Source: Octopus sinensis (Eukaryota). From it: DNA of 64,000 nucleotides. Below, piece after piece: positions 1-12,959 of this stretch (its first letter is position 1; the number at the start of each line of letters is the position of its first letter). Location of the stretch: NCBI RefSeq assembly GCF_006345805.1, contig NC_043008.1, positions 37,262,001 through 37,326,000 on the forward strand, given 5' to 3'. Below the pieces are notes generated by a model. The model saw nothing but the letters and a program-made list of their open reading frames with translations, was not told where the DNA came from and did not search any database. The translations under genes and the position numbers were made by a program.

Positions 1-187
1 GGAGGCTGCACCAGGTTCCAGTCTGATCTGGCAGTGTTTCTACAGCTGGATGCCCTTCCTAACGCCAACCACTCCGTGAGCATAGTGGGTGATTTTTACA
101 TGCCACTGGCACAGGTGCCAGGGGAGGCTGGCAACGGTTAGTGGTTTATACATGCCACCGACACAGAAGCCAGTCAAGCCAGCACTG
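1..187 (-). mobile_element. RTE-tail SINE/LINE 3' fragment (window edge)
   Basis: Reverse complement of the GTGGTTGGCGTTAGGAAGGGCATCCAGCTGTAGAAAC module that also ends the RTE LINE at 8420-10090. Confidence 0.8.
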
Positions 188-325
188 GTATATATATATA
201 AACACACACACATATATACATACATATACACATATATGTATATATATATATATATATATACATATATATGTGTGTGTATACATATAAATAGATAGATAGA
301 CATATATTCATACACACACACATAC

Positions 326-378
<53 letters not shown>

Positions 379-381
<3 letters not shown>

Positions 382-1660
382 TGTGCATAAGGTATTTGAG
401 GACATAATATTTTTCGGTCATTGCTGCATTTATTGCTAACACTGTCTAATCTTTGTTTCAGAAAGTAATAATAGCAGGCCCTCAGCTTACTCAAGAAATG
501 AGGAGGCATGCTGTTATTGTGGTTATAAAGGCTGAACATAGCGATTTACAAATATCTTGATTTTTAAGTTTTAAGATCTTTCATCTAAAAAGTTTGTATG
601 GAGTTAGAGACTGAAGAGGGAAACATATCACCAGTATCAAAACATAAAAAGCATTCTAAATGCTCTGAAATAATCAGGATTCCTAAATTTATCCAGCAAG
701 TTTAACAGACCATTGATTACAATCCTAGAAAATCCATGAGGTCAATTGCAAAAGATCTCCATGGGTCAGAAGGAGGAGGCAGAAATATTGTCCATGAAGA
801 CATCAGATATAAGTCTTATATGATGAGGAAAGGTCAATTTGTGTCAGAAAAAGCATAAGAAAATCACTACATCAGATCTAAAAGGTTCTTAAAGAAACTG
901 AAAAATCCAGCAGAAGAAGATTTGATTTGGTTTTTCTCAAACAAGAAAAACTTCAACCAAGATCAAAACGTTAACAGCAGAAATGACAGATGGTTATGTG
1001 CAGACACTTCTAAAGTTCCAAGAGTTATGCATACAAAATTTCCTGCAACTGCCATGGTTTTAGGGGTTGTCAACAATGTAAGAGATGTGATGGTTCCTTA
1101 CTTCTTTCCACTAGGTGTTAGAGTTAACTCTGCATTGCAATCCTGAAAACAATTGTTAAGCCCTGGATATGGAAGGCCATATGTGTTTCAGTAAGACTCT
1201 GCACAAACACACATGACTCTAGTAACACAGGATGGCTGAAAATGTTCATGATCACATATGCCCTAACATTTGCCCTCCTAATTCCCCAGATCCCAATCTA
1301 ATGGACTATCACATGTTCAAATCAAGTGATCCTGGTTCATTTTGGACGTTACTCTGACTATGGCAGCTTTCAAAGAATCTTTGGTGTTATGCCCATAATA
1401 CCAAAGATTCTTTGAAAGCTGCCATAGTCAGAGTAACATCCAAAATGAACCAGGATCACTTGATTTGAACATATAGATGACTTAGATCTCATATAGAATC
1501 CGTTATGAAGCTGAAGGTGGCTTTATTGAATAACATTATGGAAAAGAAGGTTTATTGTTATCCTCATAGTATTTTTTGATAAATAAAGTTATTATCTGAA
1601 GTTATATATCTGCTTTTTTTTATAAGCATAAATCTGTCCTCAAATATCTTATGCACCCTA
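379..1660 (+). mobile_element. Full-length defective Tc1/mariner transposon, maT/DD37D-like
   Basis: 26-bp TIRs (379-404 and 1635-1660, 23/26 match) flanked by TA. Disrupted transposase includes NDRWLCADTSKVPRVMHTKFPATAMVLGVV, VKPWI..GRPYVFQ*DSA and PPNSPD..MDY. Confidence 0.88.
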
Positions 1661-1668
1661 TATATATG

Positions 1669-1725
<57 letters not shown>

Positions 1726-2751
1726 TATGTATGTATGTATGTATGTATGTATGTATGTATGTATGTATGTATTATGTATGTATGTATGTATGTATGTAAG
1801 CATGTATGTGCCTATATACTGGTGAATCAAAAGAAGACTTCAATATCTTGGAAACAGAAGATTAAATTTATTAAATGACTTATGCATTCAAAACTCTGAG
1901 TTTCTTGATAGCAATTTATTCCATAAATGTTATCATGTGTCAGCTGTTGCAAGCATATTTAATACAGAAAGAAGCACTGTTAGTGTGTGCCAAAAGCCAA
2001 CACTGAATTTGTTTGAATTTTCAAGGGGAACAACCCTTCTACACTTGTTTATAGACTTTATTTTAAATTAATCTTAATACATGGCTGTTTGATTATGAAG
2101 TTTCTTACAGAACCATATGTCTTTGGATTCAGTTCCACAGCTAGGCACCTTGGCTCTTCTACTCCACTCCCCATTTGACCAAAGCCTTGTGAATCAATTT
2201 GGTACATGGAAACTGAAAGTAGTCAACCCTATGTCTATATCTAACTATCTATACATGTGTGTGAATGTGTTTGACTCCCAGTGTCTAAATACAAATATAA
2301 ATTATATTCTTCCAAAAGATGTCTGACCATGGGTAAATATTACTTTGTTAATCTTGCTTGGAAACAGGTGAGTGTTGGTGAAAAGAGGGGCATTTGGCTA
2401 TAGAAAATCTGCTTCAATAAACAGCATCTGACACATGTAAGCATGGCCAAGTGGATGTTAAAATTGTGTTGTCATAGATGATGATAATGATGATGCTGAT
2501 GTATGCATGTGTGCTATAGCTCTTTATATGATGTCTTGCAGCAATATTAAGACACATTCAATGCAGAATTAGAATTCAGGAAGAAATTCTTGTGAAAGAA
2601 ACAACCTAAACAATAAACTACAATTGAAATAATAGAAAAAAAAAATACATTGCTACCCGCAGGCACAACCATGCATCCTGTCATCCCATTGAATAAATAG
2701 AATATTTACCTGTACACCAAACCCTACATTTCAATGACATTAATGTTGTGT

Positions 2752-2965
2752 GGCGGGACATGACTTAGTGGTTAGGGTGTTGGACTCATGATCGTAAGAT
2801 TGTGATTTCAGTTTCTAGATCAAGAGATGCATTATGTTCTTGAGCAAATCACTTCATTTCACATTGCTCCAGTCCACTCAACTGGTAAGAATGAGTTAAT
2901 CCAGCAATGGACTGGTGTCCCATCCAGGGACAAATATATACATCAAAGAAACTGGGAAACTGCTG
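2752..2965 (+). mobile_element. tRNA-derived SINE (family 3, degenerate)
   Basis: A-box-like GACTTAGTGGTTAGG followed by the TTCTTGAGCAA..CTTCATTTCACATTGCTCCAGTCCACTCA body shared with 42648-42978 and 52443-52765. Confidence 0.7.
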
Positions 2966-4190
2966 CATAGGGAGACAGTGCTGCTTAATATCCACATTGA
3001 TGCACTCTATCCTCCTTGTGATATCTATTATTTTTCAATGTAGTCCCCACCCACGCTTCTTCCATTGGTGTTGCAGTTCTTGGATCACCTTGGTGAAAAA
3101 TCTTTCATCCTGTTTGTCAAAAAAGTTATCAGCAGCAGACATGACATCATCATCACTGTGATGTGGTTCCCAGCCAAGAGTGTTTTCATGTTAGGGAACT
3201 GATGATAGTCACATGGGGCCAAATCAGGAGTACAAGGTAAGTGATCAATCAATTCAAAACCACAAACATGCACAACAGCCATTAAAACCAATGATTTGTG
3301 TAGCGGAGCATTGTCCTGATTAAAAAAGACCAATTTTATAAGCTTTCCTGGGAGTTTGGTCTTGATGCTTTTCATAACTGCCTTGGCAAGATGGCATAAT
3401 ACTCTGCACTGTTGAGGTGGCCCTTTTCAAGATAGTCAATAAACACAGTGCCTTTTGCTTCCCATAAAAGTGAAGCCATCACCTTCCTCACAGATGAAAT
3501 GACTTTGGCCTTCTCTGGAGCAGGTGAGGAGGGATGTTTCCACTGCATGGATTTTCTCTTTGTCTCTGGCTCAAAGTGATAACCCTAACTCATGGTAGTT
3601 TAGGGAACATTCAAGAAAACCAGCTGAATCTGACTCAAATAGTGTCAGATTTTCCTGTAATGTAATCATCCTGGTGCACTTTTCATCAGGTATCAGAAGA
3701 TGCAGAAACCTTCATCATGCCAAGTTCATTGTGCAGAATATATTTCCAATTCTCTTATAGGATATGCTAATAGCATTGGCTATTTTGTTTATAGTCAATC
3801 CCCTGTCATCCATCACCATGTGGTTATCATGCTCAATGTTTTCCTTGGTGGTGGCAGTTCAGGGCGTCTAGACCTTGAGTCATATTCAAGACTCCTGCTT
3901 TCCTTCCTAAATTCAGCTGCCCACTTTTGCACTGTTGATAAAGCTGGAGCATCATCCTCTAATGTGTCAACCCTGTCAATATGAATATCCTTGAGGGCTA
4001 AACCATTTTTCTGTAGTTACTTGATAACAGCATAATGCCAAATTTTGTCCGTTTTGAAGAGAAGTCACTACTAGTTACTTTTGAAGTCTTCTTTCAATGG
4101 TCAGTTGTCAGTTTACTTGGGAAGACACAATGCACATTATTTACATTATTTACATTTGACGGATATTTGTCCTCACCATGTTTGTTGTTA

Positions 4191-4234
4191 ACACAATGTT
4201 TCAGCTGGTATACTTTCCAGCCTTCAGCAGGTGT
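4191..4234 (-). ncRNA. Minimal type-I hammerhead ribozyme motif (degenerate, CUGCUGA)
   Basis: Minus strand reads ACAC CTGCTGA A GGCTGG AAAGTATA CCAGCT GAAAC ATT GTGT; stem I ACAC/GTGT and stem II pair. Confidence 0.55.
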
Positions 4235-4286
4235 TTTGGACAAATTTCGAACCTGGGTTCTCATTCCAAAGGTATTTTTCAATGTA

Positions 4287-4386
<100 letters not shown>

Positions 4387-4618
4387 TCACAGCCTGAAAT
4401 CAAACTCGGAATTTACGGGGGGGGGGGCGGGGGGTTAGTAGCCCGTGCACTTAACCACTACACCCATGGGCATATGGCATAGTGGTTAAGAGCACGGGCT
4501 AATAACCCCAAGATTCCGAGTTCAATTCCAGACAGTGACCTGAATAATAATAATAATCATGATAATAACATCAAAAAATACTTTAGAAATGAGAACCCAG
4601 GTTCGAAATTTCCCCAAG

Positions 4619-4660
4619 ACACCTGATGAAGGTTGGAGGGTATATCAGCCAAAACGTGTT
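4619..4660 (+). ncRNA. Minimal type-I hammerhead ribozyme motif (G12 mutated)
   Basis: ACAC CTGATGA A GGTTG GAGGGTATAT CAGCC AAAAC GTGTT. Confidence 0.55.
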
Positions 4661-5889
4661 AACAACAAACGAGATGAGGACAAATATCCGTCAAATGTAA
4701 ATAATGTACATAATTTCTTATCTTTTAAATATAGAACTGTAAGACACAATTTAGTTATTAATAAGTGTTAAGATTAATGGCTGCAAAATTTCACAGCCCT
4801 TGAATCACTCCCTTGCAATCAGTTAATGACCTTTTGAGCCCACCCTCATATATATGATGGGCTTCTTTCAGCATCTGCCCACCAAATCCACTCACAAGGC
4901 TTTAGTTGGTACAAGGCTATAATAGCAGACACTTGCCCAGTGGGACTGAACCCAGAACCATGTGGCTGTGAAGTAAGCTTCTTAATGCACAGCCCAATGT
5001 CTGTCACACTTTTATATTTTATAGATCTGTATCATAAATTTATTTTGAAAAACAAGACAAACACGAACTGAAGCAATAGTTATTTTGGTGGTGTAAGAGA
5101 CTTCAGTGCAGATATATGATAAAGTAAATAAATAAATAAATAAATGGAGGGGAAAAAAAAATTCTCGACTTAGCTGGACATGTTGACTGTCTTTTGATGT
5201 GAAAGGTAATTCAATTTGTAAATCTATTTATTTATCTTAATATGTAATGTAAAAGGAAATATGAGAATAAAATAAAAAAAGAAAATGATATTTATAAATA
5301 AAAGGAAGTTATTTTCTTTTATAAACAAGAAATACTTGAATATGTCATTTCTGTTGTCTACCCCTCACTCTTGAACATAGCAACAATACAAAGCAAGATA
5401 TATGGATAAGTCAAGTAGATATAATGTTGCTTAAGCTTGGAAAATGTACCAAAGTATTGAATATGTAGCTAGAGACAGACAGTTTTACATGCAATATAAT
5501 ATAGACATGTTTTCTTTTACCTTTTACAGAGATAATATAGATATTACTTATACACACAATCTGTGCAGATAATATTGATATATGAATGTAAATAACATAT
5601 ACATACCTACACACACACACACACACACATGCACATATACACACACTCACAGGCTCACACACATATATCTGTAACATTATCGCTAACTCATGATTAGCAT
5701 AAGTGAAACCGGTTGACTATTAAAGCATTTTATTTCATAAAATATTATGTTGAACAAACTATCTATAGATAGTTTGTCTAACATAAAATTTGTTCATTTT
5801 CCTTCTTTTTATATTTGTTACAACAATTCACCAGATGCAATTTTTTATTGAACATTTTCACTATATCTATCCATTTATCTCTCCATTAA

Positions 5890-6015
5890 AGGTGGCGAGC
5901 TGGCAGAATCATAAGTACCCATTATGCACTGGGGTTGATGTAATCGATTTATCCCTTTGTTTGCCCTTGTTTGTCCCCTCTACATTTAGCCCCCTGTGGG
6001 CAATGAAGTAAAGAT
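5890..6015 (+). mobile_element. SINE family 2, internally deleted
   Basis: GGTGGCGAGCTGGCAGAATC head joined directly to the CACTGGGGTTGATGTAATCGA..TTTAGCCCCCTGTGGGC tail. Confidence 0.7.
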
Positions 6016-6020
6016 AATTT

Positions 6021-6403
<383 letters not shown>

Positions 6404-7481
6404 TTACTTTCTGTTTAGTTATAGTGGCATTTGTGAAAAAAGAAAAACAACAGAAATTAACAAATTAGAGTATCTTATTAAACCCATCTTAACTAAGTAA
6501 TGATTTATGAATAATTAAACCATGAAGCCTGAAAAATAACTCTTTCAAATATCTCTTGGTAGAAAGTCGGACAAACACCTTGCAGAGTTTAGTTATGTTT
6601 CTTTACATTCTTTACAGTCTGAGTTCAAAATCCTACTGAGTGAACTTCGCATTTTATCCTTCTGGGGTCAAAAATGGCAAGAACCAGAGATATACTAGTC
6701 AGTTTAATTGACCATATATACTTTCTCAATAAAAATCTATGCCAAGGTTCTAATGCTAGAAATCAGTTTTACTCACATTAAAATAACTGTTGGAGACAGA
6801 ATCGGTGGAGCATCAGTAATGTTTTCTTTTTAATATTTTGATACGTTTATTTATATTCTAATTTAAAAGCCTGCTTTCATCAATCCAGGATCAATAAAAT
6901 AAAATTCCAATCAAGTACTAGTGGGACAGCATTAATATAATTGAATATATCTCTATTTCCATCTGCCCCACCTCCAATTTTACTTTCCTGCTTATGCTAA
7001 AAATAAATATTATTAATAGTAAAATTGGTCAGGTGCAGATACATTAACGTAGACTTAATATCATGCAGAAATTTATCTAAGTTACTTTGTGTTAGGAGTT
7101 TAAGTCCCACATGGTTAACTTTGCTTTTCTTCTTTTCCAAGGTGACAAAATGATTAACAGTCAAGTACTTGGTTAGGGGTTGTGGGTCATGACCTCAAGT
7201 ATTATTTTGGGGTATGATGACCCTGCCTTACATCAGCCCCAAACTCAGCTAGCTCTCATTGACAGTACCTGAAATGGGGCCTCAATCCAGTATAATACAT
7301 TCATCCCTGTTGATGTTAAAATTCCAGGTTGAAATCAAGCATGGCTGGTTACAAACCTGAATTGAGATAGAAGGGTGTACGAGTGTAAGACAAGAATCCA
7401 TGGTCTGATTTAAGTGAAACTTTTGTTATTCCATTTATATTCACATTTCAATGGTACCTTACTTTCAAAGCATTTTCCCAA

Positions 7482-7747
7482 TCATTTGCCAGTTTGGCTA
7501 TTTAGAAAGGTACCCCAAAAATACTGCTTATCTTGCAAAAATTGTTTTATTCCATTTGTATTCACATGAGCATCCGATTCATGATGTCTCCTGCTTTTGT
7601 CTCTTTCCCTCTGTTCCACCAGATGCTCAGCTCTTGCTTTATCAATCTCATTGATCCTTCTATTTGCATGCCTGTCCTGATCTTGTGTAAATATTTCATA
7701 AAGGACCTGTTTGTACAGGGATTTTTCAAGTGCATTTCGATTTTTTT
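7482..7747 (-). CDS. Candidate exon or coding relic of the unnamed minus-strand gene
   Basis: CCTGTAG acceptor, then 87 open codons xKNRNALEKSLYKQVLYEIFTQDQDRHANRRINEIDKARAEHLVEQRERDKSRRHHESDAHVNTNGIKQFLQDKQYFWGTFLNSQTGK*; no homolog recognised. Confidence 0.3.
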
Positions 7748-8419
7748 CTACAGGTATTTTTCAAGTGCATTCAGTGTATCTCACCTCCAAACCCACCACA
7801 AGCCACTTTCTTCTAGAAAAGAAAGTGGGAAAGAGTTGTGGAGATCTTGGAGTTTCCAGGAAACTCTGTGTTTCCCACCAACGAAGTTTTGTTTCGTGAG
7901 CTTATTTTTTTCCCGAGGTTATTTCACATGCTTTCAATGAATACAACATCAAAATCACGTGTAAATGGCTCCCTTCCCCAGAAAAGGGAAGATATGGCTA
8001 CTATTTCTTGCATGCCCTGCTACAATATAACAGCTGTTTCGGGTCCTTTATTGCAAATAGCTGTTACGTAGGTAACAAGGCGTGCTAGAAATAGCAGCCA
8101 AATCTTTGGAGGTGAGATATGTTGAATGCACTAGAAATAAACTTATAGAAGAAAATTATTTCACACCAAGGTTATGAACGCATGTTTTACAAAATATTTA
8201 CCATGTTTAAAGTCATTTTCACTTTAAAATATTTTAAAATATGCCAAAAAGAATTTTTGTAATGGTATTTGCTTGAAAATAATTTTGCCACACAAGTCAT
8301 TGGGTATGATGCCTTCAGGTGATATATAAAGGAGTTATATCCAATGACTGGTGTGGCAGCACTTTAATCAACTGCTAAAAAAATGAAGGTGATGCATTAG
8401 ATTTGAATAATTACAGAGG

Positions 8420-10090
8420 TATCAAATTGTTATGGAGTGTGTCATAGCCCAACTAATTAGGAGGAGAATTAGTTTAGATGAGATGCAGTTTGGATTTGTG
8501 CCAGAGAGAAGTACCACTGATGCTATGTTTTTGGTAAGACAGCTACAGGAGAAATTCTTAGCAAAAGATAAACCTCTGTACTTGACTTTCATTCACATGG
8601 AGAAAGCCTTTGACAGGATCCCCCGATCCCTTATCTGGTAGTCAATGTGGAAACTATGGATAGATGAGTGGTTAGTGAGAGCTGTGCAAGCCCTGCACAG
8701 AGATGCTGTTAGTAAGGTGAGGGTTGGCAATGAGTACAATGAAGAATTCCAGCTAGAAGTAAGTGTTACCCAGGATCAGTTCTCAGCCCCCTCTTATTCA
8801 TCATAGTTCTCTAGGCAATAACAGAGGAATTCAAGACAGGCTGCCCATGGGAGCCAAACTTAATCTAGCAAAAACCAAAGCCTTAGTAAGTATGAAGGCA
8901 GACAAACCACAAATCTCTTCAGGTAGATGGCCCTGCTTAATCTGTAGAAAAGGCATAGGTAGAAACCCCATAAAATGTACCCAGTGTAAGCTATGGTCAC
9001 ATAAGAGGTGCAGCAATATCAAAGGAAGGTTAACTGAGAAGATAGTTTTTGTATGTGGCAGATACACAGGGGCAATGAACACTGAAAATATGCAGAAAAC
9101 AGCTTCCATCACATGCCAGGGAGAAAAACTAGAAGTAGTTAAATACTTCCATAACCTAGATGACCAAGTCAGTAGTGGGGATGGATGCTCTGGGAGCATA
9201 GCTGCTAGAATAAGAATAGCCTGGGCAAAGTTCAGAGAGCTCCTGTCTCTGTTGGTAACAAAGGGCCTCTCGTACAGAATGAAAGGCAGACTGTATGATG
9301 CATGTGTGCAAACAGCCATACTACATGCAGTGAGACATGGGCTGTGACTGCTGAGGACATGTGTAGCCTTGAAAGATATAAAACTAGCATGCTCTGCTGG
9401 ATGTGTAATGTCAGTGTGCATATGTGACAGAGTGTAAGCACCCTGAGAGAAAAGGTGGACATAAGAAGCATCAGATGTGGTGTATAAGAGAGACAACTGC
9501 GCTGGTATGGTCATGTGTTACAGATGGATGAGGAGAGTTATGTAAAGAAGTTTCACACCCTAACAGTGGCAGTATCCTGTGGAAGATGTAGACCTAGAAT
9601 GAGGCAGTGGGATGAGGTGGTGAAGAATGACCTTCAAGTGTTGGGTCTCACAGAAGCAATGGCAAGCGAGATATGCTATGCTTGAGAAGATCTGGCAAGC
9701 CAAGTAAGATCGTAGCTGTAGCTTATGCCAGTGTCACATAACCAGCCCATTTAAGAGTACCCTTCAATTTTCAGGCAATATGCTGTTGAGTCACATGAAA
9801 GCGTTTTTGTGGTCAATGCCAGTTCTGCCTGACTGGGACCCATACCAGTGGCATGTAAAAGCACCATTTAAGCATGGTTGAAGCCACTGCTGCTGGACTG
9901 GCCATCGTGCTGGAGGAATGTAAAAAGCACCCACTATACTCTCAGAGTGGTTGGTGTTAGGAAGGGCATCCAGCTGTAGAAACTCTGCCAGATCAGATTG
10001 GAGCCTGGTGTAGCCTCCTGGCTTGTCAGTCCTCAGTTAAACCGTCCAACCCAGTATGGAAAGCAAACGTTAAATGATGATGATGATAAT
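8420..10090 (+). mobile_element. 5'-truncated, decayed RTE/RTE-X-type LINE with Cys-rich insert in the RT C-terminal region and (GAT)n tail
   Basis: QFGFVPERSTTDA, MEKAFDRIPR and QGSVLSPLLF motifs; the YADD region is deleted near 8850; CLICRKG..CTQCKLWSHKRC insert; 3' UTR ends AAACGTTAAATGATGATGAT. Confidence 0.9.
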
Positions 10091-10509
10091 GATTAACATA
10101 TTGTCTGTTTAAATAAAGCTAAAATATAAATACTTACTGTATAAACAACTTACATTTTTGAAATCACATTCACTTTAAGATATTTCTGAATGATTAAAAT
10201 ACTGTTTTTAATGAAAGCGAAAATAGAAACATTTACTGTAGAAAACAACTCATATTTTTTCGTTGGCAAGTTAAAGTCACTAATGTGTCTAATTAAAAGG
10301 TTTGGAGTATTTCCCCATTATGCACCGTTTTGGGTATCTATACTGCCAAAACCCACAATATCTCAAGAACCACTGGTCCGATTTACGTGAAATCTGTTTT
10401 ATTCTGTTTGTGTTTACATTTCAGGGGAATTTTACTTTCAAATTATTTTCCAATTATGTGCTGGTTTGGCTGTGTAATATTGCAAGCAAGCAAGCAAGAT
10501 TGAAATTCA

Positions 10510-10542
<33 letters not shown>

Positions 10543-10547
<5 letters not shown>

Positions 10548-10752
10548 TGACCTCGTGTGTACTGTTGGCGATTTCTTTTCTCTGTATTCCCTTCTCTGGA
10601 TCTTTCCTTCTCCTATGTTTCCGACGAAGAGCTCCGCTCGAAACGTTAAACCCTCCTTCTTTCCTTCTTACCTGAGCGTCCAATAATGCTATATTTGTTC
10701 CACATCCTCGCGTTGTTGTGTTTTTTTGTGCTTTCTTGTTTGGATTAACTTT
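10543..10752 (+). mobile_element. About 210-bp PLE-type non-autonomous element with central HHR motif, inside (TA)n
   Basis: Colinear with the opposite-strand copy at 46079-46290; both flanks are (TA)n. Confidence 0.75.
10617..10651 (+). ncRNA. Minimal hammerhead motif, U4C variant
   Basis: GTTT CCGACGA A GAGC TCC GCTC GAAAC GTT AAAC. Confidence 0.6.
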
Positions 10753-11536
10753 ATATATATATATATACAAGCAAAACGCTCCCTGTCCAATGGATGGTAC
10801 TGAGTTGTCAAACATTTAAACCAAATTTTCTCAAAAGAACTTGTCTGACTGTCCCATAGGCCTCCCCTTTGAGAAACACTGATTTAACCTAAATTTGAGA
10901 CACCAGCAAAAGAAGAAATAAAGATAAACTTCTTTTCTATTCCAAAGAAAAACGATTTTATTCACACAAATATGCAACCGAAGAGTTTAAAGTACCAGTA
11001 ATGATAAGGTTGTTGAGAACACAAACATGGTTTAAACAGTAAGCTTGACAGGAAAGAAACATGTTTTCTTTTTATTAAAAAATAATTAAGCATGCCTTAA
11101 TTTCAATAAAATGTTTGGTTTTGTTAAACGAAGTTAAGGCAAAAAAAAAAAACTTCTTGAGAAACCAAATAGTCTTTCCTTCTTTCATGCCAAATGTGAA
11201 GAAAATATCTTTTTTGCATCTTACTTTTTTGGTCTCTTAAATATACTGCATTTTGTGGCATTATTTCAAGCCAGCCAGCTTTTTTTGTGCAAACTGCATT
11301 TTTCTCGCATACATGTAGTATCAATCACAACAGCTGATGTACTTGCGCATTCAAATGCACGTTCCCACGGCTTTATCGATCACATTCTCACCTGGAATCG
11401 ATTTTTGTAATTTTTTCAAGACTTATACACGCCCTGATACCATCGGTATCTACATTAAATTTGAGCACAATCAGATGGAGGATGCCCGAGATCCTAGAAG
11501 ACACACACACACAGAACAGATTTTATATAATATATA

Positions 11537-11580
<44 letters not shown>

Positions 11581-11599
11581 CTATGTTTGCGTCTTTGTG

Positions 11600-11945
11600 T
11601 ATTTGTTTGTCTTCCACCACTACTTGTTGGATTCTTTACATCCCTGTAACTTAGTAGTTTGGCAAAAGAGATTGATAGAATACATACCAGGTTTAAAACA
11701 AACACTAGTGTTGATTTGCTTGACTAAACCCTTCAATACAGTGTCCTAGTGTGACTGCAGTCCAATGAATGAAATAGGTAACAGGTAAAAAGAGATATGG
11801 CAGGTGTCTTTCAGTTCTTGTCTAACAAATCCACTGACAAGGCTGCAGGGCTATAGTAGTAAAAGATTCTTGTCCAAGGTGCCATGCAATGGAACTGAGC
11901 CCAAATAAAGTAGCAGAGAAATGAAGAGCTTAACCACTCAGCTAT
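11600..11945. mobile_element. Two SINE family 1 fragments (3' part plus strand, 5' part minus strand)
   Basis: CCCTGTAACTTAGTAGTTTGGCAAAAGAGATTGATAGAAT..AATGAATGAAAT, then AAATCCACTGACAAGGC..CCAAGGTGCCATGCAATGGAACTGA. Confidence 0.6.
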
Positions 11946-12316
11946 GCAATTATCCTTACTTTCTTGGCAAAATTTAGAACAAGTTATAAAGTAGCTATTT
12001 CATAATGGCATGAAGTTAAGTATCTTTTACTACGACTAACTTTTAGTTTCTCTGGGTTTTTTTCCTTTTTAAGTTAGTTTGAAAGAATAAATAGCTTTAT
12101 TTTATATCCTACTTCATTTTATTATTATTTATTTAGTTTCCTGTTTTATTTTCACACATTTTCTGCTTCTGTGTGATATAATAAAGATTTCAATATTTAG
12201 TCTGAACACCTGCTGAAAAATCAGCCAAATCTTCATTGTTCTGTGAATTTGAAATAGTGATTTAAAATATTTGGTGCATCCAAAATCTCAGTACACGTAC
12301 TAACATAGGACAGAGG

Positions 12317-12505
12317 TCACACATAAGAGGTGAGTATACTGAAGTGTAGCTCTGTGCAAATCATGGTAAAAGTTTTTGAAAACTGAATAACATTCGCCAT
12401 AAACACATCGTTTCTTTTCCTATACAGCTGGAAAGATAGGTTTAACTGTTGATCAGTGAGTTGAAATTCATGCAGACACCAGAAATGTAGATATACATTA
12501 GAATG
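12317..12505 (-). CDS. Candidate exon (62 open codons)
   Basis: CCTGCAG acceptor, then HSNVYLHFWCLHEFQLTDQQLNLSFQLYRKRNDVFMANVIQFSKTFTMICTELHFSILTSYV*; donor not clear. Confidence 0.22.
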   Translation of the reverse strand, partial: HSNVYLHFWCLHEFQLTDQQLNLSFQLYRKRNDVFMANVIQFSKTFTMICTELHFSILTSYV

Positions 12506-12699
12506 CTGCAGGTGTGTATTGAAAGATGTACAGTGGCACTAATGGCAAATGATGAGTGTAAATGAATTCTTTTCTTATCATACTTCTGTTAAAATAGTCT
12601 GTTTTTGTTTCAATTAATTCTCAAAAACATAATAAGGAACATTGTAAAAGAAGTTTGCCATTATTAAGCTGGTTTTTAGAGCATGAATTGAAATGGAAC

Positions 12700-12955
12700 T
12701 TTGATGGAAAGTTTTAATTTAGATCACTTAAAAACAGCAGCTTTGAAGGAGACCAAACTCAACATTAAAATTGTTGAAAAGCCAGGGAACTCCGTCAGAT
12801 CACAACTATGTAGGACGTACCCCTTTAAGAATACCATATGCACCAATGATAACTGCATGGTATGTAGGATTAGCCCTGGCATTAACTGTAGAACTCGAAA
12901 TGTAGTTTACAGAATAAGATGCATAGAAGGTGCTTGTAAGGACATAAACATGACC
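12700..12955 (+). mobile_element. Penelope-like element fragment (Cys-rich linker and start of GIY-YIG)
   Basis: CTNDNCMVC..INCRTRNVVYRIRC matches the PLE linker and GIY-YIG N-terminus pattern. Confidence 0.6.
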
Positions 12956-12959
12956 TCTA

